DNA of 24,000 bases from an uncultured Candidatus Saccharibacteria bacterium. Lineage in GTDB: Bacteria > Patescibacteriota > Saccharimonadia > Saccharimonadales > Saccharimonadaceae. Positions 1-8,177 of this stretch are shown in pieces. The stretch's first letter is position 1. Each line of letters opens with the position of its first letter. Below the pieces are notes generated by a model that saw nothing but the letters and a program-made list of their open reading frames with translations, ran no database searches and was not told the DNA's origin. The stretch lies in the NCBI GenBank assembly GCA_938036785.1, contig CALHWE010000011.1, forward strand, positions 1 to 24,000, written 5' to 3'. Both the position numbers and the translations under genes were made by a program.

Positions 1-356
1 TTAGCAAGGTAGTCGACCGCCTGGACGTTATTGGCATCAATCATCGCCACCGCCAAGCGGTTCTGCACCTCGGCTAGTGGTACTGCCATGAAACGTTCGG
101 CAATATCCGATGGCAAAAGCGTGAGGATATCTTGATCGACAATCGTATTAGTAAGATTGACATACGGCACACCCGACACATGGGCAATCGCCCGAGTCAG
201 CAGCTCGTTATCGATCGCCGATTCATCAGTCAGCACAGTCAGCAGTGGCCGGCCACTCTCGCGGGCCAGCTTGGTGGCATCATCAAGGCGTTGGCGCGTG
301 ATCAGCCCTTCATCGACGAGGAGTGTGGTGAGTTTTTCTTGCATATCACTTGTCAT
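1..356 (-). CDS. pilB: Type IV pilus / T2SS assembly ATPase (GspE/PilB family), N-terminal part; the gene runs off the left edge
   Basis: Absent from the ORF track because it is open at the window edge. Reverse complement from the ATG at 356-354 reads MTSDMQEKLTTLLVDEGLITRQRLDDATKLARESGRPLLTVLTDESAIDNELLTRAIAHVSGVPYVNLTNTIVDQDILTLLPSDIAERFMAVPLAEVQNRLAVAMIDANNVQAVDYLA. This is the typical GspE/PilB N-terminal (T2SSE_N-like) domain. It is the last gene of the pilMNO cluster on the same strand. Confidence 0.8.
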   Translation of the reverse strand, partial: MTSDMQEKLTTLLVDEGLITRQRLDDATKLARESGRPLLTVLTDESAIDNELLTRAIAHVSGVPYVNLTNTIVDQDILTLLPSDIAERFMAVPLAEVQNRLAVAMIDANNVQAVDYLA

Positions 357-377
357 CAGTGCCACACGCTACCTCTG

Positions 378-608
378 TTATTTCTGCTGCGACTGCCCAA
401 TGATCGTCTCGACCGCTGGGTTGATCGCCTCCTTGTTAAACACTGCACTGTCTGGCTCATCAATCGTATCCGAGAGCTTCTCGACCGTCTCTACCTTGGT
501 GCCACGCTGCGGCATTTGCAAGAATGGGATACTACTGGCCACAAAAAACGCCACCACCACTGATATGCTAGCGATCAAGATGATCATTGCGATGTCGGTC
601 TTCTTCAT
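378..608 (-). CDS. Small single-pass membrane protein (76 aa) inside the pilus operon; function unknown
   Basis: N-terminal TM helix (IAMIILIASISVVVAFFVASSI) followed by an acidic soluble tail. Its ATG (608-606) overlaps the pilO stop (607-605) as ATGA, and it ends 21 nt before the pilB ATG. Confidence 0.6.
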   Translation of the reverse strand: MKKTDIAMIILIASISVVVAFFVASSIPFLQMPQRGTKVETVEKLSDTIDEPDSAVFNKEAINPAVETIIGQSQQK

Positions 609-1288
609 GGTTTGATGTCCTTTTTCTTTAGCTCGATGGTTTTGGCTGGTGAGTAGTAGGCGTGGGCCGAGATCTTCATGGCGACTTTGCTGTCGGTCCG
701 CTCAATGGTCATACGGTCAATCTCGATCACGCGGATGGAGCGCTCGAAGCGCTGCAAAAGCTCGCGCAGAGCATTGGGGTTACTGGCCGATACCTCCATA
801 GTGAAGTGGATGGACTGCAAGTTGCCATTGCTGGCGGCGGCACCAGTGCTATTTGATGACTCGCTATCGTCCGTTTGGTCGATATTAAGCGAATCGAGTG
901 ACACGCCTGCCACGCCATTGACCAGCTTGGACTGGAGCGAAGCACCCAACGCGAGCGCATTATCCTCCGCCGGCAGAGCATCAAGCACCACCTGGAGCGC
1001 CTTCTCGTCGTTGTTGATGCGGCTGGCATTGAGGTGTGAGTTGGTCTCGAGCACCTTCAGCTCGCCGCGTAGCTTCTCGACTGCGTCGTTGTTGTTCTTG
1101 AGTACGGCAGCAGTATTATTTTTCTCGCCAAGCACCCGCTCTTTAAAGATAATTTGCTGCACCAAAAACCACGATATCACCAGTGCGAAGCCCACAATTA
1201 CTGAGGCTCCAGCCACCCAGAGGAACATCACTCGGCTGGATTGCTCGATCTGTTGGCGCTTGTGGATGGCGGCGTCTTTCTTACTCAT
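605..1288 (-). CDS. pilO: PilO-like type IV pilus alignment-complex protein
   Basis: 227 aa with a TM helix (VMFLWVAGASVIVGFALVISWFLV) and then a coiled-coil-like segment (AVEKLRGELKVLETN). It follows pilN directly: the ATG at 1288 abuts the pilN stop at 1289-1291. The call rests on architecture and position rather than a strong motif. Confidence 0.6.
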   Translation of the reverse strand: MSKKDAAIHKRQQIEQSSRVMFLWVAGASVIVGFALVISWFLVQQIIFKERVLGEKNNTAAVLKNNNDAVEKLRGELKVLETNSHLNASRINNDEKALQVVLDALPAEDNALALGASLQSKLVNGVAGVSLDSLNIDQTDDSESSNSTGAAASNGNLQSIHFTMEVSASNPNALRELLQRFERSIRVIEIDRMTIERTDSKVAMKISAHAYYSPAKTIELKKKDIKP

Positions 1289-2014
1289 CTAGTTCTTCTC
1301 CTTGTTGGTCGCCTTGGGCGTAAAGAGGCTATCGGGCACATGCAGGCGCGAGTCAGTTACATTGGTGCTACCGGTTGGGGCTTCGATACGCAGATTCTTA
1401 GAGCTATTAGAGAGAAGCTCCTTGGGGTAGGTAAAGGTCAGCTTGAAGCGCAGCACCTTAGATCCACTGGCGTCCTCGCCATAGCTGGTATCGCTCACCG
1501 TCACATCATCAGCCAGCTTAACGGTCTGGACACGGTTATCGCCATCAGTGTAGCTCAGCTTGGTGTTGAGGATCATTTTCTTGAGTTTGTCTGTCGCCTC
1601 AAAGCTGTTGGCTGCCGACCCCTCAATGGAGAGCTTGGTCTCGGATGGGTCGAGGCTGACAGTCGACATCTTCACGTCATTGGGCGCAGCAGGGTTGATG
1701 GCACTCAGCACATCGAAGATACGCGAGTCGATGCTCTTATCCTTGTGCATCGAGGAGAGCTGAGCTAGTTGGTTTTGGATGGTGACAATCTGATTGGCAT
1801 CTTTAACACTACTAATCTTGCCGTACTGGTCTTTGATCTCGTTGTCGGTTAGCCACTCGCGAGCGCTCTGCGTACCAACATACACCACCAGCAGTGCCAC
1901 CGCTGCGCCAGCAATGATACTTACGAGAATGGAGAGCGATATCACACCATTGCGCATGCGCTGGGCATGCAGGTATTCACGCTTGACATCAGGAATGAGA
2001 TTAATCTCTATCAT
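1289..2014 (-). CDS. pilN: PilN type IV pilus assembly protein
   Basis: 241 aa. The N-terminus MIEINLIPDVKREY carries the PilN-type INL(L/I)P signature, followed by the TM helix ISLSILVSIIAGAAVALLVVYV. Its start overlaps the pilM stop as ATGA (2011-2014). Confidence 0.75.
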   Translation of the reverse strand: MIEINLIPDVKREYLHAQRMRNGVISLSILVSIIAGAAVALLVVYVGTQSAREWLTDNEIKDQYGKISSVKDANQIVTIQNQLAQLSSMHKDKSIDSRIFDVLSAINPAAPNDVKMSTVSLDPSETKLSIEGSAANSFEATDKLKKMILNTKLSYTDGDNRVQTVKLADDVTVSDTSYGEDASGSKVLRFKLTFTYPKELLSNSSKNLRIEAPTGSTNVTDSRLHVPDSLFTPKATNKEKN

Positions 2015-3069
2015 GTGTCGTTCCTCCGTTTTGCTAGGCCCACTGCTGTGGCAAACTCTGGTGCGACGTTAGCCAATTGCTCTTGGCTCGTCTGAGGCAT
2101 ATGGATACCATGCCATGGGTTACCCGGGGCGGTCGGGACCTCTACCTTGGCCGCAACATACTCGCTGAGATGCGGAATCATCTCGCCAAAGCCCGTCAGT
2201 GTAATGCTCGACACCTGGGCGCTGGCGTAGCGCGTCTGGAAGAATTTGATTGATTTAATAAGCTCGCTCGCAAAGTTATCCAGCGCACCCTCAATAGCAC
2301 GCACCACCTGCCCATCGAGCTTATCCTCCGCCAGACCAAACTTGAGAATGAACTGCCGAGCTTGGTCCTCCTGAACGCTGAGGTTTTGTACTGCCGACTT
2401 GACGAGGCTGCTGACACCAGACGGAATAGTCCGAACAAGGCGCGGCGCCCCTCCATAGATAATGGCGAGGTCAGTCGAGAGTTCACCAATGTCGATCAGC
2501 ATCACTGCGGCACCATTTGCCGCTTGCTGAGGTGGTGCAAAGGCCCGCACCATCGCAATTGGGTCGGGCTCGATAGCAATCACATTCAGTCCGAGGCCCT
2601 CAATAAACTCAAGCTGATCCTCACTATACCCCTTCGATACACTGCTAATCAGCACCTCTTGCTGATCGCTCGCATGGAGCGATGGCCCAAGCAGCACCCA
2701 ATCTACCTTAGCGTCGTCCGACATCGGCACATATTGGTCAATTTGGTATTTCATCGTGGCACGTAGCTCGGCATCGGAAACTTGCGGTACATCGACCACT
2801 GTTGTAAAGGTCTTGTTGGAAGGTAGGCCAATCGCAACATTCTTCGTCTTGATACCACTCTGGCCCACGGCAGTCATAATAACTTCGCCCAGGCGACGGC
2901 GCGACTCTGGTGCATCGCTGCTAGTAATACGGCGGTCAACGGGCGCATACCCATGTGCTACGAGCTCCCACTCGTCGCCAGCTGGTGCTAGCTGCAAAAC
3001 CCGCACGGCATTGGTACCGATATCGAGTGCAAAGAAATCGCCCGACCCTTTTTGAAACTTCATACTCAT
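2011..3069 (-). CDS. pilM: PilM type IV pilus assembly ATPase-like protein (actin/FtsA fold)
   Basis: 352 aa. The FFALDIGTNAVRVLQL and MLIDIGELSTDLAIIYGG motifs are typical of the PilM/FtsA family. It is the first gene of the operon. The true start may be the ATG at 3063 (MKFQKG), see the promoter entry. Confidence 0.85.
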   Translation of the reverse strand: MSMKFQKGSGDFFALDIGTNAVRVLQLAPAGDEWELVAHGYAPVDRRITSSDAPESRRRLGEVIMTAVGQSGIKTKNVAIGLPSNKTFTTVVDVPQVSDAELRATMKYQIDQYVPMSDDAKVDWVLLGPSLHASDQQEVLISSVSKGYSEDQLEFIEGLGLNVIAIEPDPIAMVRAFAPPQQAANGAAVMLIDIGELSTDLAIIYGGAPRLVRTIPSGVSSLVKSAVQNLSVQEDQARQFILKFGLAEDKLDGQVVRAIEGALDNFASELIKSIKFFQTRYASAQVSSITLTGFGEMIPHLSEYVAAKVEVPTAPGNPWHGIHMPQTSQEQLANVAPEFATAVGLAKRRNDT

Positions 3070-3071
3070 CT

Positions 3072-3077
3072 ATTATA
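3072..3077 (-). promoter_or_regulatory. -10 box TATAAT for the pil operon; probable leaderless start
   Basis: Minus strand reads TTGCCT-18nt-TATAAT-AG-ATG-AGT-ATG. The -10 lies 2 nt from the ATG at 3069 and 8 nt from the ATG at 3063. No Shine-Dalgarno sequence fits in between. Confidence 0.5.
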
Positions 3078-3307
3078 CATAAGCGACATTGGTTTAGGCA
3101 AGGGGGTTAGTGGAGGAAAATATGCTAAACTTGCACTGCAAAACTTCCTATCCGCCCCACCCTTATCAGGCATATTAGCGGATCGATATCTCACATGTCG
3201 ATCGCGCGTTGGTGCTCATATGTTATGTGCCAAATCTCACGCTCTCCACTATTTCTCGACATAATGCAGAGAAAGATAAAGAGTTCTTAACCATGACTAC
3301 ACCTGGG

Positions 3308-5722
3308 CTAAAACCGCGGTGCGGCTTCTGTTGTGGTGGCGGTGGTGATGGGCAGGTCGTTGTTTTTGTTGTAACGCGAGCCCCACATGAAGACGTCGGC
3401 ACGTTGGTTGAGTACCTCAGCAGCTTCGGCGAGGTTATCCTTCTCAGCGCCAAAGGTGCGGCGCAGCTGGAGCTGGCGCGCCATGATGGTACCGTTGATG
3501 GTGAGTTTTTCTTTGCAGGTCTCGGCGGTGAGGCCATTGAAATATGCACCAACGTGACGGATCTCGTCGCAGGTAGAGATGACTCCCCCACTGCCACCGG
3601 TTGGCTGAGCAATCAGCCAGGCATTCACTTCTTTAACATTATGTCGAACAACGATGTTCTTAGCCTTAATGACGAGCTGCGAAAGCTTGGTGGCATCATC
3701 TACTGTAGTGGCACCATACTTGAGGTCACCATCAATCGTCACTGTGCCGCTTGCTTCCACCACCAGCGTACTACTACCGGGCAGCGTACCGTGGATGGTG
3801 GCATCGCCATTAACGGTACGCACATTGTGGCCAGCAAAGCTTCCGACATCAATCGATGTACCAGCCGCTGTACCCCGGCCAAAGCTTGGCACCTTCACAT
3901 TGGTTGGTGGTGCCCAGCGGCCAGCTGGCGTGGTGGTGTTGGCAAAGGCAAGGCTATCCTTAGCGCGGTCATAATCACCACCATACCCCCGCCGGCCAGA
4001 TAATACACCACCAGTGGCTGATAGAATCTTGCCGCCATTTTGCGGTGCCATCATGCCATACTCAGCCCAGCTACCATACATATTGCCATCTTTGGTCGTC
4101 TTGAGGGTGACGATCTGTGCGTCGCCATTGCCACTGGCTGTGCCAATGCCATTACCCACCCGCAAGTCGCCACCCCAGATCTGCACCCACGGTAGTTTCG
4201 TTACCGTTACGCAGGCGGGCGAGGAAATACGACGTTCATTGCCGTCGGTGTGTTTATAATTATAATCTTTGATAGCAACAATGCGACAAATCATATCCCC
4301 TACCTTGGCATCGGCAGCGTTGATATCTTTGGTGTCATTCAGGCGCGTGTGGCTGTCGAGATATTTTTTGTTCTCACGAAAGGTGGGCTCGTTGGTGCAG
4401 TCGATCGGCTGCTTGCCGCGCAGCCAGGTGCACGCTGTATCACTGCCACTGTAGCTACCCAGGGCATAGGGATAGCCCACTGCCGCCCCACGATCGAAGA
4501 TGCTGCTCAAGCTGCCAAGGAACTGCTGGCGGTGCTGCCCTCGTACGATAAACTGGTAGGCCGCGGCTTCGCTCTCGCTCCGGTCTTTGTCGAGGCTTGC
4601 ACCAGTGTTGTGGATGGATTCGTCAATCCGACTGGGCGCAATATTCCCACCCTCCAGCGTCGCAAGCTTCTTGCCATCAATTGTGGCCGATGGATAGAGC
4701 TCAAAGTCTGAGTGCACACTAGCACACGCTGGATCGCTGCGTCGCCACGCTGGGTCACCAGCAATGCCAGGTGACCACGATATCCGTTGACAGAGTGTGC
4801 GGCCAACGTCGCTCGTTTGGATGCGATAACTCGTGAAGCGGTCAGTCATGCCGCCACTCGGATACACCGTATAAAAGAGCTGTCCAGACTGGCCCGTCAC
4901 ATTGCGCGCGAGGCTATGCCCACCACTGTAATTATTAGCAAAGCCAGTACCATCCATCCCCACGGACACGGTTGCATTGTTGGGACCATTGTTGCGGAGA
5001 TCATGCGCCCAGTAGATTTGCTCACCCGGAAAGGCTCGGACGGATTTTTGCATATTTTGCGTGCCAGGCCACTGCTTGCCCACATAGCTTTGGCCGTTGA
5101 TCGTCCAAGGTGGGATGCGCCGCGTGATCGTCACCTTCACATCGCTCGTACCACAGGCAATATTCTCGCTGGCGGCAAGGGTACGCCCGCCATCAGTTGA
5201 GATACAGCTATACAGACCAATCCCCACCGTACGCGACTGCCCCACCGGGATATCAAACTGGCCAATGTCGAGTTGCGCTCGCACTTCACCCCCCTGGCTG
5301 GTGTATTGGTTTTGGCCACTGACGCGCCCACGGTACATCACGCTCGACTGGACGTTCTTGATACGGCTATTGCGGTTGTAGTTCCAATTCATGTTGCGGT
5401 CGAGGTGCATCGAGCTAATATCGAATGGCCCCGAGCGGTTACCCGAGTAACCCGAGCCACGGATGACAATATCGACGAGGCCTGTCTGATTGTGGTCGAT
5501 CGAGATACCCGACTTATAATAATTCCGCTCGCCAGGCTGCGAAAACCACACTACTGCACAGGGACTGCCACTGCGGCAGAGCTCAGGTAGCTGGGCCTCG
5601 ATATCATTATTGGGCCGAGCTGCCACTAGCCCACCCAGCGCCGCACTCACCCCCACAGCGCACAGCAGCCCCAGCAGGCCAGCACGCACCAGTGATTGGC
5701 GACAAAAATGTACAAATGTCAT
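3308..5722 (-). CDS. Large secreted Cys-rich protein (804 aa) of unknown function with a beta-helix/adhesin-like C-terminal region
   Basis: The track ORF runs 3308-5875, but I place the start at the ATG at 5722. That ATG sits 7 nt downstream of TGCTATAAT and begins a signal-peptide-like N-terminus, MTFVHFCRQSLVRAGLLGLLCAVGVSAALGGLVAA. The protein is Gly/Asn/Ser/Thr-rich with many Cys. The C-terminal part has repetitive beta-strand-like segments (GDATIHGTLPGSSTLVVEASGTVTIDGDLKYG, LVIKAKNIVVRHNVKEVNAWLIAQ). I recognise no family. Confidence 0.7.
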   Translation of the reverse strand: MTFVHFCRQSLVRAGLLGLLCAVGVSAALGGLVAARPNNDIEAQLPELCRSGSPCAVVWFSQPGERNYYKSGISIDHNQTGLVDIVIRGSGYSGNRSGPFDISSMHLDRNMNWNYNRNSRIKNVQSSVMYRGRVSGQNQYTSQGGEVRAQLDIGQFDIPVGQSRTVGIGLYSCISTDGGRTLAASENIACGTSDVKVTITRRIPPWTINGQSYVGKQWPGTQNMQKSVRAFPGEQIYWAHDLRNNGPNNATVSVGMDGTGFANNYSGGHSLARNVTGQSGQLFYTVYPSGGMTDRFTSYRIQTSDVGRTLCQRISWSPGIAGDPAWRRSDPACASVHSDFELYPSATIDGKKLATLEGGNIAPSRIDESIHNTGASLDKDRSESEAAAYQFIVRGQHRQQFLGSLSSIFDRGAAVGYPYALGSYSGSDTACTWLRGKQPIDCTNEPTFRENKKYLDSHTRLNDTKDINAADAKVGDMICRIVAIKDYNYKHTDGNERRISSPACVTVTKLPWVQIWGGDLRVGNGIGTASGNGDAQIVTLKTTKDGNMYGSWAEYGMMAPQNGGKILSATGGVLSGRRGYGGDYDRAKDSLAFANTTTPAGRWAPPTNVKVPSFGRGTAAGTSIDVGSFAGHNVRTVNGDATIHGTLPGSSTLVVEASGTVTIDGDLKYGATTVDDATKLSQLVIKAKNIVVRHNVKEVNAWLIAQPTGGSGGVISTCDEIRHVGAYFNGLTAETCKEKLTINGTIMARQLQLRRTFGAEKDNLAEAAEVLNQRADVFMWGSRYNKNNDLPITTATTTEAAPRF

Positions 5723-5729
5723 GCTTATG

Positions 5730-5738
5730 ATTATAGCA
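5730..5738 (-). promoter_or_regulatory. Extended -10 promoter TGCTATAAT, 7 nt upstream of the ATG at 5722 (leaderless)
   Basis: Minus strand reads TGCTATAAT-CATAAGC-ATG. Confidence 0.55.
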
Positions 5739-5832
5739 AAGTTACGGCGATTGTGCACTGTGTTCATGACGACGAACGCCAGATGGTTGTAAATTAAGTA
5801 AGTAGAGCGTGTCCGAATTGCAACATCTATAA

Positions 5833-5999
5833 TTATCTCACGCTCTACCTTCCCACGCTCCCTCCGATGGAACACTATAAGGGTCGATACTTCCCAAGTA
5901 TCGACCTCTTGCGTTGGGCTGAGAATCTGTCAGTACAATGACAGATTCTCACGCTCCATCCGATGAAGCGATGGGGAGGTGGAGCTAACGCTGAGATAA
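5833..5999. repeat. 167-bp palindrome-rich element: either a structured small RNA or a MITE-like DNA element
   Basis: Terminal inverted repeat TTATCTCA (5833-5840) / TGAGATAA (5992-5999). Perfect 11-bp hairpin at 5882-5906 (GGTCGATACTT-ccc-AAGTATCGACC). Perfect 12-bp hairpin at 5921-5950 (GAGAATCTGTCA-gtacaa-TGACAGATTCTC). Direct repeat CACGCTCCcTCCGATGgAa (5854-5872) versus CACGCTCCaTCCGATGaAg (5950-5968), 16 of 19 identical. Confidence 0.6.
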
Positions 6000-6150
6000 G
6001 TTTTAAAATTCAGGCTTTAGAGTCAACCATAGTCTATCACCGCACAAGAAAATATTTGGAGGCCAGCAACCCTATTATAATTATATAAAGCGCAATGCAT
6101 CCACATTCATCGCATTTTCCTCTTCTCTCCTGCCGATTTCTCCCTTGCGC

Positions 6151-6159
6151 TGCTATACT
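6151..6159 (+). promoter_or_regulatory. Extended -10 promoter TGCTATACT, 6 nt upstream of the ychF ATG (leaderless)
   Basis: Sequence reads TGCTATACT-ATATAT-ATG(6166). The same TGCTATACTA 10-mer recurs at 13453 and 20693. Confidence 0.55.
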
Positions 6160-6165
6160 ATATAT

Positions 6166-7248
6166 ATGAGTCTATCTATTGGTATCGTTGGCCTGCCCAA
6201 TGTTGGCAAGTCGACCCTTTTCAACGCCCTCACCAACAATGATATTTTGGCAGCTAACTACCCCTTTGCTACCATCGAGCCCAACACTGGCATTGTGCCT
6301 GTGCCCGATGAGCGTTTAGCAGTGCTGGCCAATATGTACCACGCCGAGAAGGTCGTGCCGGCCACGGTGACCTTTGTCGATATCGCCGGGCTGGTGGCTG
6401 GGGCTGCCAGTGGCGAGGGCTTGGGCAATAAGTTTCTCGCCCATATTCGCCAGTGCGATGCGATCGTCCACATCGTCCGTGCCTTTGCAAATGACGATAT
6501 CGTCCATGTCGATACCACCGTCGACCCGCAGCGCGATATCGACATCATCAACACCGAGCTCATGCTGGCAGACATCCAGACTATCGAGACTCGCCTCACC
6601 CGCCTCAACAAAGAAGCTAAGGCCGATCCAAAGGCGCGCAGTACACTCGAGTATCTGCAGCAGTTGCGTGACGACCTTGCCGCTGGCACCCCTGTTCATC
6701 TGAACAAAAATATTATTCACGAAGCAATCGCCGACCTCCACCTCCTCACCGCCAAGCCAGTCATCTACGTCTTTAATGTCGACGAAGCAACCCTGGCCAA
6801 TGCCGAGACCAAAGCTCGCTTAGCGGCGCTAGCTCGTGGCAGCACGGCACTCTTCATCTGCGCCACACTAGAGGATGAGCTCAAGGGACTCGACGCAAAG
6901 GATGCGCTAGAACTACTGGCGAGCTATGATGTGCCCGAGGCTGGCCTGACACAATTGATCCGGGCAGCGTACGATACACTCGGCCTGCAGAGCTACCTCA
7001 CCGCTGGACCAAAGGAAGTGCACGCGTGGACGATCCACCAAGGCTGGACGGCACCACAAGCGGCCGGGGTCATCCACACCGACTTCGAGCGAGGCTTCAT
7101 TGCGGCGCAGGTGGTGGATTATGACGACCTCGTGGCAGCAGGATCCGAGGCCAAAGCGCGCGAAGCAGGCAAAATCCGCACTGAGGGCAAAGCCTATGTC
7201 ATGCAGCCAGGCGATGTGGTAGAATTTCGATTTAATGTAAGCAAGTGA
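6166..7248 (+). CDS. ychF: Ribosome-binding ATPase YchF (Obg-like GTPase family)
   Basis: MSLSIGIVGLPNVGKSTLFNALT is the G1/P-loop. DIAGLV is the G3 motif. The C-terminal part (HAWTIHQGWTAPQAAGVIHTDFERGFIAAQVVDYDDL) is the YchF TGS-like domain. The track ORF begins at an upstream TTG (6145), but the ATG at 6166 matches the family N-terminus. Confidence 0.93.
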   Translation: MSLSIGIVGLPNVGKSTLFNALTNNDILAANYPFATIEPNTGIVPVPDERLAVLANMYHAEKVVPATVTFVDIAGLVAGAASGEGLGNKFLAHIRQCDAIVHIVRAFANDDIVHVDTTVDPQRDIDIINTELMLADIQTIETRLTRLNKEAKADPKARSTLEYLQQLRDDLAAGTPVHLNKNIIHEAIADLHLLTAKPVIYVFNVDEATLANAETKARLAALARGSTALFICATLEDELKGLDAKDALELLASYDVPEAGLTQLIRAAYDTLGLQSYLTAGPKEVHAWTIHQGWTAPQAAGVIHTDFERGFIAAQVVDYDDLVAAGSEAKAREAGKIRTEGKAYVMQPGDVVEFRFNVSK

Positions 7249-7269
7249 TCCTAGCTAAGAAACATGAGC

Positions 7270-7299
7270 AAACTCGCCATGAGTCTATGGCGAGTTTTT
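7270..7299 (+). terminator. Rho-independent terminator of ychF
   Basis: Perfect 11-bp stem AAACTCGCCAT (7270-7280) / ATGGCGAGTTT (7287-7297) with loop GAGTCT, running into a T-tract. It lies 22 nt after the ychF stop. Confidence 0.85.
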
Positions 7300-7357
7300 G
7301 CATGGACTATTACTATAATCTTCTCGGAAGGTATAGCAAAGAGTACACTGGTAGTAT

Positions 7358-7990
7358 ATGTATCATTATATGCGGCGCATTGCCATACCGGTCATACTCG
7401 AGGTTATTTTCATCATCTCGTGTTTTGTCCTGCCACGGCACCTATATGTTTATAGCAATACAGCATTTTTCGTGGCGCTGCTTGGCTATATCATCGCGAC
7501 AAAAAGTGTGAGTATGCACCAGTGGTGTCGTGCACTCGCTGGTGGGTGGCATTTTTGGCGGCAGGTAGTAATCACGTTGGTTTGCGCAGCAGGAGTGTTT
7601 GGTGCGACGAGTGTGCTCGAGCAAGCCTTCCCTCACCTCGCCACAGGTGCCATTACAATGCCAGTCAAGACGGCAGGCGAGTTGCTACTCTTTGCGCTCT
7701 CAACCATCGTTCTCCCCGCCATTGTAGAGGAGACAATTTTTCGCAAGCAGATGATCTGCCTAGCCAATCGCACAGCGATCATCTGCACCACCCTACTGAG
7801 TGCTATGTTATTTGCCGCAGAGCACTTTGTCGCACCGTGGGGTGTGCTGCTGGGTATGGTGTGGGCACTGCCATTTAGCTTGGCATATAGTATGACGCGC
7901 AACGTGTACGTACCAATGACAGCACATGCCATTGCAAGCATACTCATCAATGGGCCAACGGTGGTGATGGCGCTATTTGTTGTGCTATGA
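7358..7990 (+). CDS. CPBP-family (CAAX-type) intramembrane glutamic protease
   Basis: Multi-TM protein carrying the three family motifs: VEETIFRKQM (EExxxR), FAAEHF (FxxxH) and TAHAIASILIN (HxxxN). The start is uncertain (ATG at 7358 or 7370). Confidence 0.75.
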   Translation: MYHYMRRIAIPVILEVIFIISCFVLPRHLYVYSNTAFFVALLGYIIATKSVSMHQWCRALAGGWHFWRQVVITLVCAAGVFGATSVLEQAFPHLATGAITMPVKTAGELLLFALSTIVLPAIVEETIFRKQMICLANRTAIICTTLLSAMLFAAEHFVAPWGVLLGMVWALPFSLAYSMTRNVYVPMTAHAIASILINGPTVVMALFVVL

Positions 7991-8177
7991 TGAGCGCGTT
8001 GCGTATTTTGCGGTATGTATACATCACGAGCCGCAGTGTTTGCTTCATCATGCGTCTTTTTCTTATACCAAAGAATTTCCACAATAACTATATAGTTGAC
8101 TCTCCAAGACACTCACATCAGCCTATTCTTTGCTGTTTCCAAATCTGTCTATATATAATGTATGGTGATACGAAAGG

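Noticed and set aside
132-1768. Long + strand ORFs (132-563, 157-615, 678-1292, 1241-1768) opposite the pil genes
   Set aside because: They are shadow ORFs on the antisense strand of GC-rich genes with clear family signatures. Their translations are Ser/Arg/Leu-rich with no motifs or start signals. The same applies to 2362-2766, 3209-4003, 4250-4711, 6258-6741, 17294-17839, 20987-21301 and 21886-22344.
3311-3364. LPITT near the C-terminus of the secreted protein as a sortase LPXTG signal
   Set aside because: No Gly or Ala at position 5, and no following hydrophobic segment or positively charged tail. The protein ends 10 residues later.
5723-5875. 5' extension of the 855-aa track ORF (MFHRRERGKVEREIII...)
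   Set aside because: The extension runs through the TGCTATAAT promoter at 5738-5730 and into the palindromic element. The signal peptide begins at the ATG at 5722, 7 nt after the -10 box.
5876-6150. tRNA, tmRNA, SRP, RNase P or 6S RNA genes in this and other intergenic regions
   Set aside because: By eye I saw no GTTCGAATC-type T-arm, no tmRNA GGGGCTGA 5' end, no SRP GGAAGCAGCC box and no RNase P GAGGAAAGTCC box. This is only a visual scan, so a covariance-model search is still needed.
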